Below, piece by piece: positions 34,836 through 43,766 of a stretch of DNA of 64,000 nt. The DNA comes from Candidatus Micrarchaeota archaeon. GTDB lineage: Archaea; Micrarchaeota; Micrarchaeia; Micrarchaeales; CABMGC01. A program made the position numbers and the translations under genes. Each line of letters opens with the position of its first letter. The first letter of the stretch is position 1. The notes under the pieces are model-generated. The model saw only the letters and a list, made by a program, of their open reading frames with translations, was not told the origin of the DNA and did not search any database. The DNA is taken from assembly GCA_028866835.1 (NCBI GenBank), contig JAGWHJ010000002.1:330-64329 (forward strand). The letters are read 5' to 3'.

Positions 34836-35261
34836 ATGTCAGACATTGAAATAAAGAATGTGGCAAAACTGTTTACGGTCCTTTTGCTCAGTGAGAATGG
34901 GCAGCACGGCTACGAAATTATGAAGGAGGTGGGGAAAAGAACTGGAAGGAAAGTAAGCCCGGGACAGATATATCCATTCCTGAGGCAGCTCAAGGCGTAC
35001 CATTATGTCGAGACCAAAGGAAGGGCGGAGAGAGACAAGCAGACCTACTATCTGACTCCAGAAGGCAGGAAGTTCGTGACAAGACTTTCGGACAAGTTCG
35101 GGGACATGTTCGAGATCGCAATAAAGCCAAAGCTTACAATGTGTGCACACTGCAATTGTGAAATATACAGGGGCGGATACAAGGAGAAGATAGGCGGCAG
35201 GCACCTTACCTTCTGCTGCGAGAACTGTGCTAAGGGTTACAGGGCAATGAATGCCAGATGA
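34836..35261 (+). CDS. PadR-family wHTH regulator fused to a C-terminal TRASH metal-binding domain
   Basis: GQHGYEIMKEV...GQIYPFLRQLKAYHYV (PadR). C-terminal CAHC-x20-CCENC fits Cx2C-x20-Cx3C. Track start 34824 lies inside the palindrome. Confidence 0.8.
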   Translation: MSDIEIKNVAKLFTVLLLSENGQHGYEIMKEVGKRTGRKVSPGQIYPFLRQLKAYHYVETKGRAERDKQTYYLTPEGRKFVTRLSDKFGDMFEIAIKPKLTMCAHCNCEIYRGGYKEKIGGRHLTFCCENCAKGYRAMNAR

Positions 35262-35274
35262 TGTTGGTGAGAAT

Positions 35275-35646
35275 ATGGCTAAACAAACATTTCCTGTGAT
35301 AAATGTAAAGGCTGCTGCAATAACAGGCGCAGTCATTGGCTTTCTCTGCTGGTTGCTGGTCATCCCTCTCGGTTTCTCAGGCTATGGGATGATGGGTTAC
35401 TTCGGAGGATACGGGACGATGAACTACAGGTACATGGGCTACATGATGGGCGGCGTATTCCACAACGCAACATTCGGCTACATGATGAACGGTGTATTCT
35501 ATCCGTACAATGCAACTGGGTATTATCCCACCGGAGACATATTCCACAGCTATAGCTTTGCCTCTGTGATAATCGATATCGTGTTGGGCGCTTTGGCAGG
35601 GCTTGCAATTGCGCTGGTATACAATTGGGCGTTAAAGTTCAAATGA
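35275..35646 (+). CDS. small membrane protein with Gly/Tyr/Met-rich loop ('..LVYNW' family)
   Basis: Two helices flank GYGMMGYFGGYGTMNYRYMGYMMGG. C-terminal helix is paralogous to the 39683-39940 product. Confidence 0.6.
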   Translation: MAKQTFPVINVKAAAITGAVIGFLCWLLVIPLGFSGYGMMGYFGGYGTMNYRYMGYMMGGVFHNATFGYMMNGVFYPYNATGYYPTGDIFHSYSFASVIIDIVLGALAGLAIALVYNWALKFK

Positions 35647-35655
35647 GGTTATCCT

Positions 35656-36150
35656 ATGTTACTCCGAAGACATTATGAAGTGACAGTTAATAAAAACATC
35701 AAAGAAGATGATATATGGAAATTTGCGTGGAATCCCAAAAATTGGACGGCATCAAACCCATCCGAGCATCTCGGGTTGGTTTTCTATAATAAGCAGGACA
35801 GGCCAGAAACAGGTGCAACTTTCCTTCAAAGAGAATCTCTTGCAGGAATCTATGCTGATCTGCATGGCCAGATCCTCTATGCAGAAAGGCCAAAGGTCTG
35901 TGTCTGGACAGGAACTGCCGCATATAGATTTGGCTATTTCACCTTTTACATCTCGGAAGGTGGGACATTAAGGCTTGTACGGAATAAAGATGGCATCATA
36001 ATATCCCATGATGTATTCATGGATTTCGTTGATAGTTGGCTTGGCAAACTCGCCATGTGGTACTTCAAAACAGTGCTTAAAGGCGAAAGAGCGCTTAACC
36101 TCCACGCGCAGAGGGAGCTTGATTATTTTAAAAAATGTCTAGAAAAATAA
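35656..36150 (+). CDS. hypothetical protein, possibly SRPBCC/START-like
   Basis: ORF track. Pattern only weakly suggestive. Confidence 0.4.
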   Translation: MLLRRHYEVTVNKNIKEDDIWKFAWNPKNWTASNPSEHLGLVFYNKQDRPETGATFLQRESLAGIYADLHGQILYAERPKVCVWTGTAAYRFGYFTFYISEGGTLRLVRNKDGIIISHDVFMDFVDSWLGKLAMWYFKTVLKGERALNLHAQRELDYFKKCLEK

Positions 36151-36161
36151 TTGGTGAAAAT

Positions 36162-36311
36162 ATGAATTGCATAGTATGTGGTATGGAGATAAAACGGAAG
36201 AAGTTCCACAGCAAATATGAATAGAAGGAACAGTATTTTTGCTCTTCAAAATGCAAGACCGAGTTCGATAATAACCCAGGTCTTTTTGCGAACTTTACTC
36301 CTTCGAGATAA
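36162..36311 (+). pseudogene. TRASH/YHS-domain small protein interrupted by in-frame TAG (36222-36224)
   Basis: Hand translation: MNCIVCGMEIKRKKFHSKYE*KEQYFCSSKCKTEFDNNPGLFANFTPSR*. Both halves together make one YHS/TRASH module. Confidence 0.6.
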
Positions 36312-36332
36312 GTTAAGATGTTAGGTGAAAAA

Positions 36333-36473
36333 ATGAAAGACCCTGTATGTAAGATGGAAGTCGACGAAAAGTCCCAGTTCAGGAGCAGCTATAAGGGCAA
36401 GACGTATGTTTTCTGCTCTGTGAACTGCAAGCAGAACTTCGACAAGAAGCCAGAGAGCTACGCAAAGAGTTAG
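36333..36473 (+). CDS. YHS/TRASH-domain metallochaperone-like protein, 46 aa
   Basis: MKDPVCKMEVDEKSQFRSSYKGKTYVFCSVNCKQNFDKKPESYAKS. Confidence 0.75.
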   Translation: MKDPVCKMEVDEKSQFRSSYKGKTYVFCSVNCKQNFDKKPESYAKS

Positions 36474-36475
36474 CC

Positions 36476-36631
36476 ATGGCAGAGTACAAATGCGCCATAT
36501 GCGGTTTGCATTACAGGAGCAGGAAGCTGGCAGAAAAGTGTTACAGATGGTGCTCCGCAAGTAAGAGCTGCAATCTCGATATAACAAGGCAGTCCATAGA
36601 AAGATCATCTGGTGATGCAAATGGCGAATGA
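36476..36631 (+). CDS. Cys-rich 51-aa protein
   Basis: MAEYKCAICGLHYRSRKLAEKCYRWCSASKSCNLD... Starts 2 nt after the preceding stop. Confidence 0.5.
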   Translation: MAEYKCAICGLHYRSRKLAEKCYRWCSASKSCNLDITRQSIERSSGDANGE

Positions 36632-37307
36632 ATACCTGACATTCTCATTAATATTTCTGGCAGTATGGCTTTTGGTTTTCCTGCTGAAAAAGCCCTTAAG
36701 ACGAGAGATGTTCTGGGTCAGCATATTCACAATGCCCTTCGGCCTTACTGAGCCCCTCTTCATACCATTCTACTGGCATCCTCCTACTTTATTCAACCTT
36801 GCAACTACCAGCGGATTCGATATCGAGAGTCTCATATTCAGCTTTGCTGTAGGCGGCTTAGGGGCCATACTATATGAGATTTTTTTCAGGTCAGAGCACA
36901 TCAGGGTCAGCAAACACGAGATGCATAGTCCAAGACACAGGTTCCATCTTCTCGCAATAATATCGCCTGTCATAGTGTTTGTACTATTGCATTTCTTAAC
37001 CAGTCTAAACCCCATATACGCTGCAAGCATAGCTATGTTTATAGGAGGCATTGCAACGATGCTGTGCAGACCAGATCTAAGTAAAAGGGTTATCACAGGA
37101 GGAATAACGTTCTTGGCTATATACTTCGTTTTCTTTCTGCTATTTGTCATGGTTTATCCCTATGCAGTTAAGGGGTTCTGGAACCTCGGAGCCCTGTCCG
37201 GAATCCTCGTAATCGGAATCCCCATAGAAGAGCTGATCTTCGCATTTACATTCGGGATGATGTGGTCAAGCGTTTACGAACATATTAATTGGTACAGAAA
37301 CAAATAG
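36615..37307 (+). CDS. polytopic membrane protein, possible lycopene-cyclase-domain family
   Basis: About 7 helices. [11 protein letters not shown] resembles the PxEE motif of CrtYc/Yd-type domains. Weak. Confidence 0.4.
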   Translation: MQMANEYLTFSLIFLAVWLLVFLLKKPLRREMFWVSIFTMPFGLTEPLFIPFYWHPPTLFNLATTSGFDIESLIFSFAVGGLGAILYEIFFRSEHIRVSKHEMHSPRHRFHLLAIISPVIVFVLLHFLTSLNPIYAASIAMFIGGIATMLCRPDLSKRVITGGITFLAIYFVFFLLFVMVYPYAVKGFWNLGALSGILVIGIPIEELIFAFTFGMMWSSVYEHINWYRNK

Positions 37308-37315
37308 TTGATATT

Positions 37316-39388
37316 ATGGCAACAGATCCAGTATGCGGCATGTACGTTGATGAGAAAAGCTCCACATTGGCTACCGAAAGGGAGGGCAGGAAGTACTATT
37401 TCTGCAGCACAAACTGCAAGCTTCAGTTCGAGAGGCCTGAGAAGGAACTCAGGAACCTGAGAATCGCACTTATGGTTTCATGGCCCCTTACTATCGTAGT
37501 TGCAACACTTACTTACGTTCTGCACTTTGGCTTTGGCAACTACACAATGCTGGTCCTTGCAAGCATAGTGCAGTTCTATGCCGGACAGAGGTTCTACGCT
37601 GGCATTTTGGATGCAATAAAGAACAGGTCTGCCAATATGGATACACTGATTGCAATAGGCACAAGCGCAGCATGGGCCTATAGCACTGTGGTCACGCTCT
37701 TGCCATCAATCTTCCCTGCTGGAGGGGTATATTTCGATACCTCGACAATAATCATCTCCCTCATACTGACTGGAACGTACATGCAGAGGCTCGCAGAATC
37801 GAGGGCGTCAACTGCAGTCTCTGCACTAATCGCACTGCAGCCGAAAATAGCACATAAAATTGACGGTAACAAGATCACAGATACTCTGATAGAGCGGATC
37901 AAGGAAGGCGACCTGCTTCTTGTAAAGCCGGGCGAGAAGATACCGACCGACTCGGTTGTTGTGGGGGGCGAGAGCTCGGTTGACGAATCCATGATAACAG
38001 GGGAGAGCATGCCTTTAACTAAAAGGGCAGGAGACAAGGTTATAGGAGGCACCATAAATGCAACAAGTTCGCTAAGGATTAAGGCTGCAAAGGTCGGTGA
38101 AGACACGGCACTGGCGCAGATAATAAAGATTGTGCAGGATGCAGCCTCAAGCAAGGTTCCGATACAAAAGCTGGCTGACAGGATCGCATCATATTTCGTT
38201 CCTATAGTAGTGCTTGTGGGGATTGTCGCTTCGCTGGCCTGGTACTTTATCGGAGGAGTAGGGGCAAACGTGTCAATACTCATATTCGTAAGCGTGCTGA
38301 TAATAGCATGTCCGTGTGCGCTTGGCATAGCAACTCCAGCCGCGTTATTGGTGTCATCCGGGAGGGCAGCCAAGCAGGGGATACTGGTAAAGAGCGGAGA
38401 GAGCCTGCAGAAAGCAAGCAGGGTAAATGCACTGGTATTGGATAAGACAGGAACACTCACCAAAGGCAAGCCAGAAGTTACAGACATAATTGCTGTTGCT
38501 GGGCATAATGAAAGGGATATACTCAGGTTCGCAGCCACGGCAGAGATAAATTCAGAGCACGTGATTGGCAAGGCTATACTGGCGAAGGCCAGCAAGTCAG
38601 GTGTTAGAGCCAACTTCCCTAAAAAGTTCACCTACAAGCAAGGAAGCGGCATAACTGCGATTGACAAGAATGGAACCAAGATAACAATAGGGAACAGGGA
38701 TCTGTTCAGTAAAGAAGGGATGGCTGTATTAGAGAAGCAGCTAAACAAGCTGGAATCCGATGGCAAAACTACTCTTATAGTTGGTATAGATAACAAGGCC
38801 ATAGGGTTGATAGCCTTGGCCGATGTGCTCAAGGAAGACAGCAAGAAGGCGATAAGCTCTTTCAAGAATGCAGGCTATGACATATGGCTCATAACAGGGG
38901 ACAACGAGAGGGTAGCTAATGCCATTGCAAAGCAGTTGGGTATAGGCAACGTTGTCTCACGGGCAAAGCCCAAGGACAAGATGGATAAGATAGCACAGCT
39001 GCAGAAGGGCGGAAAGGTTGTTGCGATGGTCGGAGACGGCATAAATGACGCACCTGCGCTGACAAAGGCCGATGTCGGAATAGCGATTGGTGCAGGCACC
39101 GACGTTGTGCTTCAGGCCGGAAGCATAGTTCTGATAAAGAACAGCATCTACGATGCATTCATCGCAATACAGCTGGGCAAGAGGACAATGGGCAAGATAA
39201 GGCAGAACCTCTTCTGGGCATTCGCATACAACATAGTCTTGATCCCCGTAGCTGCTGGCGTGCTAATACCTTTCTTCACGGTAAGTGTCTATAGCTTTTT
39301 GCCCGTATTGGCCGCCTTTGCCATGGCGTTTAGCTCTGTGACAGTAGTTTCCAATTCCTTGTTGCTGGCGAGGTTCAAGGTACCGTAA
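37316..39388 (+). CDS. copA: copper-translocating P1B-type ATPase with N-terminal YHS/TRASH domain
   Basis: [11 protein letters not shown]...[12 protein letters not shown]; CPC in [11 protein letters not shown]; DKTGTLT; GDGINDAP. Confidence 0.95.
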   Translation: MATDPVCGMYVDEKSSTLATEREGRKYYFCSTNCKLQFERPEKELRNLRIALMVSWPLTIVVATLTYVLHFGFGNYTMLVLASIVQFYAGQRFYAGILDAIKNRSANMDTLIAIGTSAAWAYSTVVTLLPSIFPAGGVYFDTSTIIISLILTGTYMQRLAESRASTAVSALIALQPKIAHKIDGNKITDTLIERIKEGDLLLVKPGEKIPTDSVVVGGESSVDESMITGESMPLTKRAGDKVIGGTINATSSLRIKAAKVGEDTALAQIIKIVQDAASSKVPIQKLADRIASYFVPIVVLVGIVASLAWYFIGGVGANVSILIFVSVLIIACPCALGIATPAALLVSSGRAAKQGILVKSGESLQKASRVNALVLDKTGTLTKGKPEVTDIIAVAGHNERDILRFAATAEINSEHVIGKAILAKASKSGVRANFPKKFTYKQGSGITAIDKNGTKITIGNRDLFSKEGMAVLEKQLNKLESDGKTTLIVGIDNKAIGLIALADVLKEDSKKAISSFKNAGYDIWLITGDNERVANAIAKQLGIGNVVSRAKPKDKMDKIAQLQKGGKVVAMVGDGINDAPALTKADVGIAIGAGTDVVLQAGSIVLIKNSIYDAFIAIQLGKRTMGKIRQNLFWAFAYNIVLIPVAAGVLIPFFTVSVYSFLPVLAAFAMAFSSVTVVSNSLLLARFKVP

Positions 39389-39431
39389 CGACCCGCACGC
39401 CCAGGCCACTACGCCCCTTACAATCTAAATA

Positions 39432-39488
39432 ATATACATGGATTTAAACAATATACACTCTTGTAAATTCATTTAAATCAATGTATAT
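39432..39488. repeat. 17-bp inverted repeat ATATACATGGATTTAAA ... TTTAAATCAATGTATAT (1 mismatch, 23-nt spacer)
   Basis: Read directly, 44 nt downstream of the copA stop. Confidence 0.5.
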
Positions 39489-39520
39489 CTGGTATACACG
39501 TTCATATGCGAAAGCAGGGC

Positions 39521-39598
39521 AAAAATCGACGGTATAAAAATCCTCCTTGCGGGACGTGCCTTACGAACATATTGTGCATCGGGCGATGTGCTTCAGGC
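39521..39598 (+). repeat. repeat family copy R6
   Basis: AAAAATCGACGGTATAAAAATCCTCCTTGCGGGACGTGCCTTACGAACATATTGTGCATCGGGCGATGTGCTTCAGGC, followed by AGACCC as after the tRNA. Confidence 0.8.
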
Positions 39599-39682
39599 AG
39601 ACCCATACGGGACAAACTGATAATGCGGCGGACATAATTACAGGGATTACTACAAGGCTGTGCTGATCCCGCCCATTCACTA

Positions 39683-39940
39683 CTATCTGTGTTTCTTAGG
39701 AACAGTTACCCAGTTGTATATCAAAGCTATTATTGCGCCAGCCGCCGCACCGTCAAAGAATGCCTCTATTCCTCCTATCATGCCGCCAACCAGTCCAGGA
39801 GCATAGCCGGGATAGACTGTAGAAAACACTTGCACAAAGCCAGACGCCCAGTACGGTGCCATCCATCCGCCAGCGAGCATGCAAAGCCCCCACGGTACCC
39901 CGATTCCTAGAGCCAGCCCCTTTACACTTAGCTTGTCCAT
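39683..39940 (-). CDS. small two-helix membrane protein ('..LIYNW' family), paralogue of 35275-35646
   Basis: GGIEAFFDGAAAGAIIALIYNWVTV versus IIDIVLGALAGLAIALVYNWALK. Confidence 0.6.
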   Translation of the reverse strand: MDKLSVKGLALGIGVPWGLCMLAGGWMAPYWASGFVQVFSTVYPGYAPGLVGGMIGGIEAFFDGAAAGAIIALIYNWVTVPKKHR

Positions 39941-40030
39941 GCTATCATCATATTGGCTTACCCTGCAAAGCTTAATAATCTAAAATCCTTGCCCATGAAT
40001 TTATAAAAACATGGATACAAAGGCATACTA

Positions 40031-41362
40031 ATGGAGGGCAAAGGGAAGGGCAAGGTGGGGGTTGCCGTTGCAGCGGCAGTAGGGCTCGGCGCCATAATAG
40101 GTGCAGGCATATTCGTGCTCAGCGGCACGGCCATAGCCCTTTCAGGCACGTACGCTTTGGTCGCGTTTGCAATAGTCGGAGTGCTTGCTTTCATAATAGC
40201 CCTCGAGCTCGGCGAGCTCGGTTCCCTGATGCCGTACGTGAAAGGGGCATCGTACTCGTACACATACAAGGCCTTTGGAAGCGAGCTAGGCTTCATAACA
40301 GGCATGCTGAGGTACATGGCGCTTTCCACATCAATAGGCGCCATAGCCCTGGGGTTCGGCTCCTACCTTGCAAGCTTTGCCGGCATATCAATTGCAGTGT
40401 ATGCCATACCCTTCGCCATAGTGCTGATATTCGTCCTGTCGATAGTCAACATGTTCGGCGTCAAGAAGGCAGCAGAGATGGACTTCGTTCTTGTGGCCAT
40501 AAAGATAGGCGTGCTGATTGTTTTCATAGCCTTCGCGTTGTTCCTGGCGCTTAACAGCCCGCAGCTGGGCCTGTCCAACCTCTCTTTCGGAGTACCGAGC
40601 GGAGGCGCAATTGGCGGCATATTCGCCGCCTCAATCGCCGTATTCTTTGCGTATTCCGGCTTCCAATCCATATCAACGATCACGGATAGGATAAACGGAG
40701 GGGCAAGGGGATACGTTAAAGCGATACTCACCGCAGTTACTATAAGCGTAGCGCTGTACCTGCTTGTGGTGCTGGCAATGCTCATAATGATGCCGCCGTC
40801 GGCCTACAAGATAGCGGCGGATCCGCTGGCTACGGCGCTCAAGAGCGTGAATGCGCCATCCTGGCTCTTCGTGATAGTGGACATAGGCGCCCTCGTGGCT
40901 ACGGCATCGGCCACCATAGCGATGATACTGAGCTCGTCGCGCTCGCTGTACCAGATGAGCATGGACAGGCTCCTGCCAAGGTTCTTCAGGAAGTACAATG
41001 CAAAAACCGACACCGCTGAGAACGGCATAATAATATCCGCAATAATAGGCGTGATGATACTCTTCGCCGGCAACATCTACATAATAGCGGCCATATCAAA
41101 CTTCGGCCTCATGTTCGATTACATGATCATAGGCTTCGACGTCATACACTTCAGGAGGAGGAATGTTAAGGCGCCGTTCGCCATGCCGCTTTATCCATAC
41201 CTGCCGATCGCCAGCGTGATACTGCTGCTTGTGATGTTCACTGGAATGCCGCAGGAGGCTCTGGCCATAGGCGTCGTGCTTATAATGCTCCTGCTTGTCG
41301 TGTACTACTCGCTCCGTGAGATAAGGGAGAAGAAGGTAATACGTATAAGGCTGTTCGAGTAG
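40031..41362 (+). CDS. APC-superfamily amino acid permease
   Basis: GLGAIIGAGIFVLSGTA; about 12 helices. Confidence 0.9.
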   Translation: MEGKGKGKVGVAVAAAVGLGAIIGAGIFVLSGTAIALSGTYALVAFAIVGVLAFIIALELGELGSLMPYVKGASYSYTYKAFGSELGFITGMLRYMALSTSIGAIALGFGSYLASFAGISIAVYAIPFAIVLIFVLSIVNMFGVKKAAEMDFVLVAIKIGVLIVFIAFALFLALNSPQLGLSNLSFGVPSGGAIGGIFAASIAVFFAYSGFQSISTITDRINGGARGYVKAILTAVTISVALYLLVVLAMLIMMPPSAYKIAADPLATALKSVNAPSWLFVIVDIGALVATASATIAMILSSSRSLYQMSMDRLLPRFFRKYNAKTDTAENGIIISAIIGVMILFAGNIYIIAAISNFGLMFDYMIIGFDVIHFRRRNVKAPFAMPLYPYLPIASVILLLVMFTGMPQEALAIGVVLIMLLLVVYYSLREIREKKVIRIRLFE

Positions 41363-41386
41363 CGCGAGGCCAGACGGCGGGCTTCT

Positions 41387-42727
41387 TCAGTCTGCGGTAT
41401 GGCTGGGCTTTCTATGGCCCATGCCTTTGCTGTTTGCCTTGCTTGTAAAGAATTCCGGGGGAGCGTCCCTGAAGATTACCTCCCTCCTCGGGTACTGTAT
41501 GCTTATCCCCTTCTGCATGAGCCTCTTCCTTATGTTGTAGAGCAGATCCTTTGACATCTGGAAGTTTGTTCCCTGGTCCGGGGCGTTCAGCAACAGTCTC
41601 AACTGAATTCCGGACTCATCGTACTCCATTACGTGCACCGCCGGCAGGCCCTCGGTTGGCACCGCTGACGGATGCTTTCTGGCCTCATCCTTCATTATCT
41701 CAATGACCGTATCGAGATCCGCTTCGTACGGCACCTGTATGAATACTATGCAGAGCTTTGACTGGTCCGTCATTGTGTAATTGACCAGAGGCGTGTTAAG
41801 GAAGATCTGGTTAGGGATCACAAGCCGCCTCTTATCCCAGGTCTTGAGTATCGTGTACGAGAGGCGCAGGTCCTCGACCCAGCACCACTCTGCGCCCCAC
41901 GGCATCTGGAACAGGACCGCATCGCCTATCCTGAACGGCCTTGATGTGGAGACTATCATCCCAGCGAATATGTTGGATAGGCTGGACTGAGCCGCCAGCC
42001 CGATGACTATGGATGCAAAGCCTGCCGCGACGAAAAGCGATGCGACTGTCGCCCCTGCGCCCGGGAAGCTTGTAAAAGTCACAATGGCCACACCCACCAG
42101 CGCAATCACCGCAAGGATCAGTCTCCTGCCGAATGTTACAGTGATGGCCATCTGCGGCTCCTTTCTTGATAAAACCGTCGCGTACTTCTTGAAAGCCGCA
42201 TTTGCTATGTAGGTAACCAGATATACCAGTATCAGTCCGGTCCCGAATCCCACGACCTGCCAAACGCCGGTGACGACCACAGGGCTAGCCGGAGATGTGA
42301 GCAAAATGAATGAAAGTGCTATGAGTCCCAGTGTATAAACGCCGTACACCAATACCTTGTCCGCCTCCTTGTGTCCCGTAAGGTTGGTCATTACGTCATT
42401 GGCTATCACACCGAAGGTGCGTACCGTCACGGCCAATATCACTATCTCGATTGCAATCGTTATGGCGTCCTGGTTCAGTGCGGGCAGGGTTATGGAGAAT
42501 AAGCGCACGGCCTCGAAAAGCGCGAACCCTACTATCCCTGCAGAGACCGGGCCAGCGAATATGCGTTTTATCGAGCGCTTTATGGGGTCCGGCAATTTCG
42601 AACCGTTGACAATTCTTCGGACCACAAAAAAACTGAGTGCCGAGATGGCTACCGCTATGCCCAACGCACCCATAAGATCTACCGCTATTGTTGCGACCAT
42701 AGGACTCCCAATGCAACAAGTTGCCAT
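41387..42727 (-). CDS. MscS-family mechanosensitive channel
   Basis: LSNIFAGMIVSTSRPFRIGDAVLF pore-helix/beta-domain junction. Confidence 0.85.
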   Translation of the reverse strand: MATCCIGSPMVATIAVDLMGALGIAVAISALSFFVVRRIVNGSKLPDPIKRSIKRIFAGPVSAGIVGFALFEAVRLFSITLPALNQDAITIAIEIVILAVTVRTFGVIANDVMTNLTGHKEADKVLVYGVYTLGLIALSFILLTSPASPVVVTGVWQVVGFGTGLILVYLVTYIANAAFKKYATVLSRKEPQMAITVTFGRRLILAVIALVGVAIVTFTSFPGAGATVASLFVAAGFASIVIGLAAQSSLSNIFAGMIVSTSRPFRIGDAVLFQMPWGAEWCWVEDLRLSYTILKTWDKRRLVIPNQIFLNTPLVNYTMTDQSKLCIVFIQVPYEADLDTVIEIMKDEARKHPSAVPTEGLPAVHVMEYDESGIQLRLLLNAPDQGTNFQMSKDLLYNIRKRLMQKGISIQYPRREVIFRDAPPEFFTSKANSKGMGHRKPSHTAD

Positions 42728-42900
42728 CTACTGTCTAGTAAAAGCCCGATAAGACAAAATCTGGTCTGGAAAAGACCGGCAACTATTAATCCGTCTTTCA
42801 CGGCAAAGGTATATAAATTTTAGCAAGATTTTCGTTTTCGAAGATCAGCATATGCTCTTTTCTTTTTGAAAAATAATGGGCTTAGTATCGGCAAGATTAT

Positions 42901-43419
42901 TTATGGCTCTAGTTCTAGTTTTTCTGCACAGATCTTGATCGCAACCAAGACAATTATTCCAGATACGAGTACCAGCAGGCCCGCATAACTTACATGAAAG
43001 ATGACAAATGCCAGTGCAGCGCCCATTGCTGGAGCATGCACATTATTGGTTTCGAAAAGGATCAGGGACATTGAGAAAAGAACAACTGTTACGGCCCCAT
43101 AAAAGCCAACATACGGTAGCGATAGGTAACCAATTTCGCCTACAATCCCTGCTATAATATAACTTAGAACGAACTTTCTCATGTTTGCCGATTTAGAATA
43201 CGGCGTCATGAATATTATGAAGGAGCTTGCGGCGAAAGAGGTGAAAATTATGGTAGAATCGCCGTTTGCCATTAGATTGCTGTTTACTATGCTTAGTATA
43301 AACACGAGCAGCAGCATGGTTCCGGTTGCGAGAAATAACGGGATCAGAATATGTTTTTTGTCGCGCTTGTGTCTGGATGCCTTATATCTTTCAAAGTTAA
43401 ATCTTTCGCTTAAGCTCAT
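42901..43419 (-). CDS. HPP-family membrane protein
   Basis: Four helices. NVHAPAMGAALAF resembles the HPPAGA motif. Confidence 0.5.
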   Translation of the reverse strand: MSLSERFNFERYKASRHKRDKKHILIPLFLATGTMLLLVFILSIVNSNLMANGDSTIIFTSFAASSFIIFMTPYSKSANMRKFVLSYIIAGIVGEIGYLSLPYVGFYGAVTVVLFSMSLILFETNNVHAPAMGAALAFVIFHVSYAGLLVLVSGIIVLVAIKICAEKLELEP

Positions 43420-43464
43420 GGATGATTCATCTGCACCTATCTTTATCTACGTTGGGTTATTTAA

Positions 43465-43659
43465 TTTGTTTCGCACGATAAGGGCAAACCCCAGTCTGAG
43501 ACATGCCTATTCAACATCTGGCTGTTTGCTCCGGGCGTTATAAACCCCACCTATGCGGTGTATTGGTTTATGATGCAGATAGGCATGCTCCTGGGACACC
43601 TCACCAGCTCTCCGGCAAACTGGTTCCTAGTGAGACACGGGATAAAGGAGGGCATGTAG
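43465..43659 (+). pseudogene. 5'-truncated remnant resembling the C-terminus of DUF4396 membrane proteins
   Basis: Frame open only from 43465. ...PGVINPTYAVYWFMMQIGMLLGHLTSSPANWFLVRHGIKEGM*. No plausible N-terminal part or start context. Confidence 0.45.
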
Positions 43660-43682
43660 CATATCTGACGATTTAGAATCGA

Positions 43683-43760
43683 AACTCAAACTATTTGAAT
43701 CCTTCTTCCTTGAGATATGCCCGGCGCACATCTTGTGCTTGTGGAGACGGCCTTAAAGTG
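43683..43760 (+). repeat. repeat family copy R7 (3' module diverged)
   Basis: AACTCAAACTATTTGAATCCTTCTTCCTTGAGATATGCCCGGCGCACATCTTGTGCTTGTGGAGACGGCCTTAAAGTG. Confidence 0.7.
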
Positions 43761-43766
43761 CGGTCC

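Noticed and set aside
36222-36224. In-frame TAG as pyrrolysine or recoding
   Set aside because: TAG is used as an ordinary stop nearby (26435-26437, 36471-36473, 43657-43659). No pyl genes are in the window, and the lineage is not one known for Pyl. A nonsense pseudogene is the simpler reading.
27182-43760. Could the recurring 60-85-nt repeats be a CRISPR array?
   Set aside because: Spacing is 0.5-4.8 kb and irregular, and the intervals are full-length genes. The repeats are about 60-85 nt and diverged, and no cas genes are present.
27715-43760. Calling the repeats bona fide integron attC sites
   Set aside because: GCCTGAC in the loop of hairpin A resembles the attC R'' consensus RYYYAAC by only 6 of 7 positions. 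I find no matching GTTRRRY R' box at the 3' side, cassette orientation is mixed, and no IntI-like gene is present. Only the looser description 'integron-like layout' is kept.
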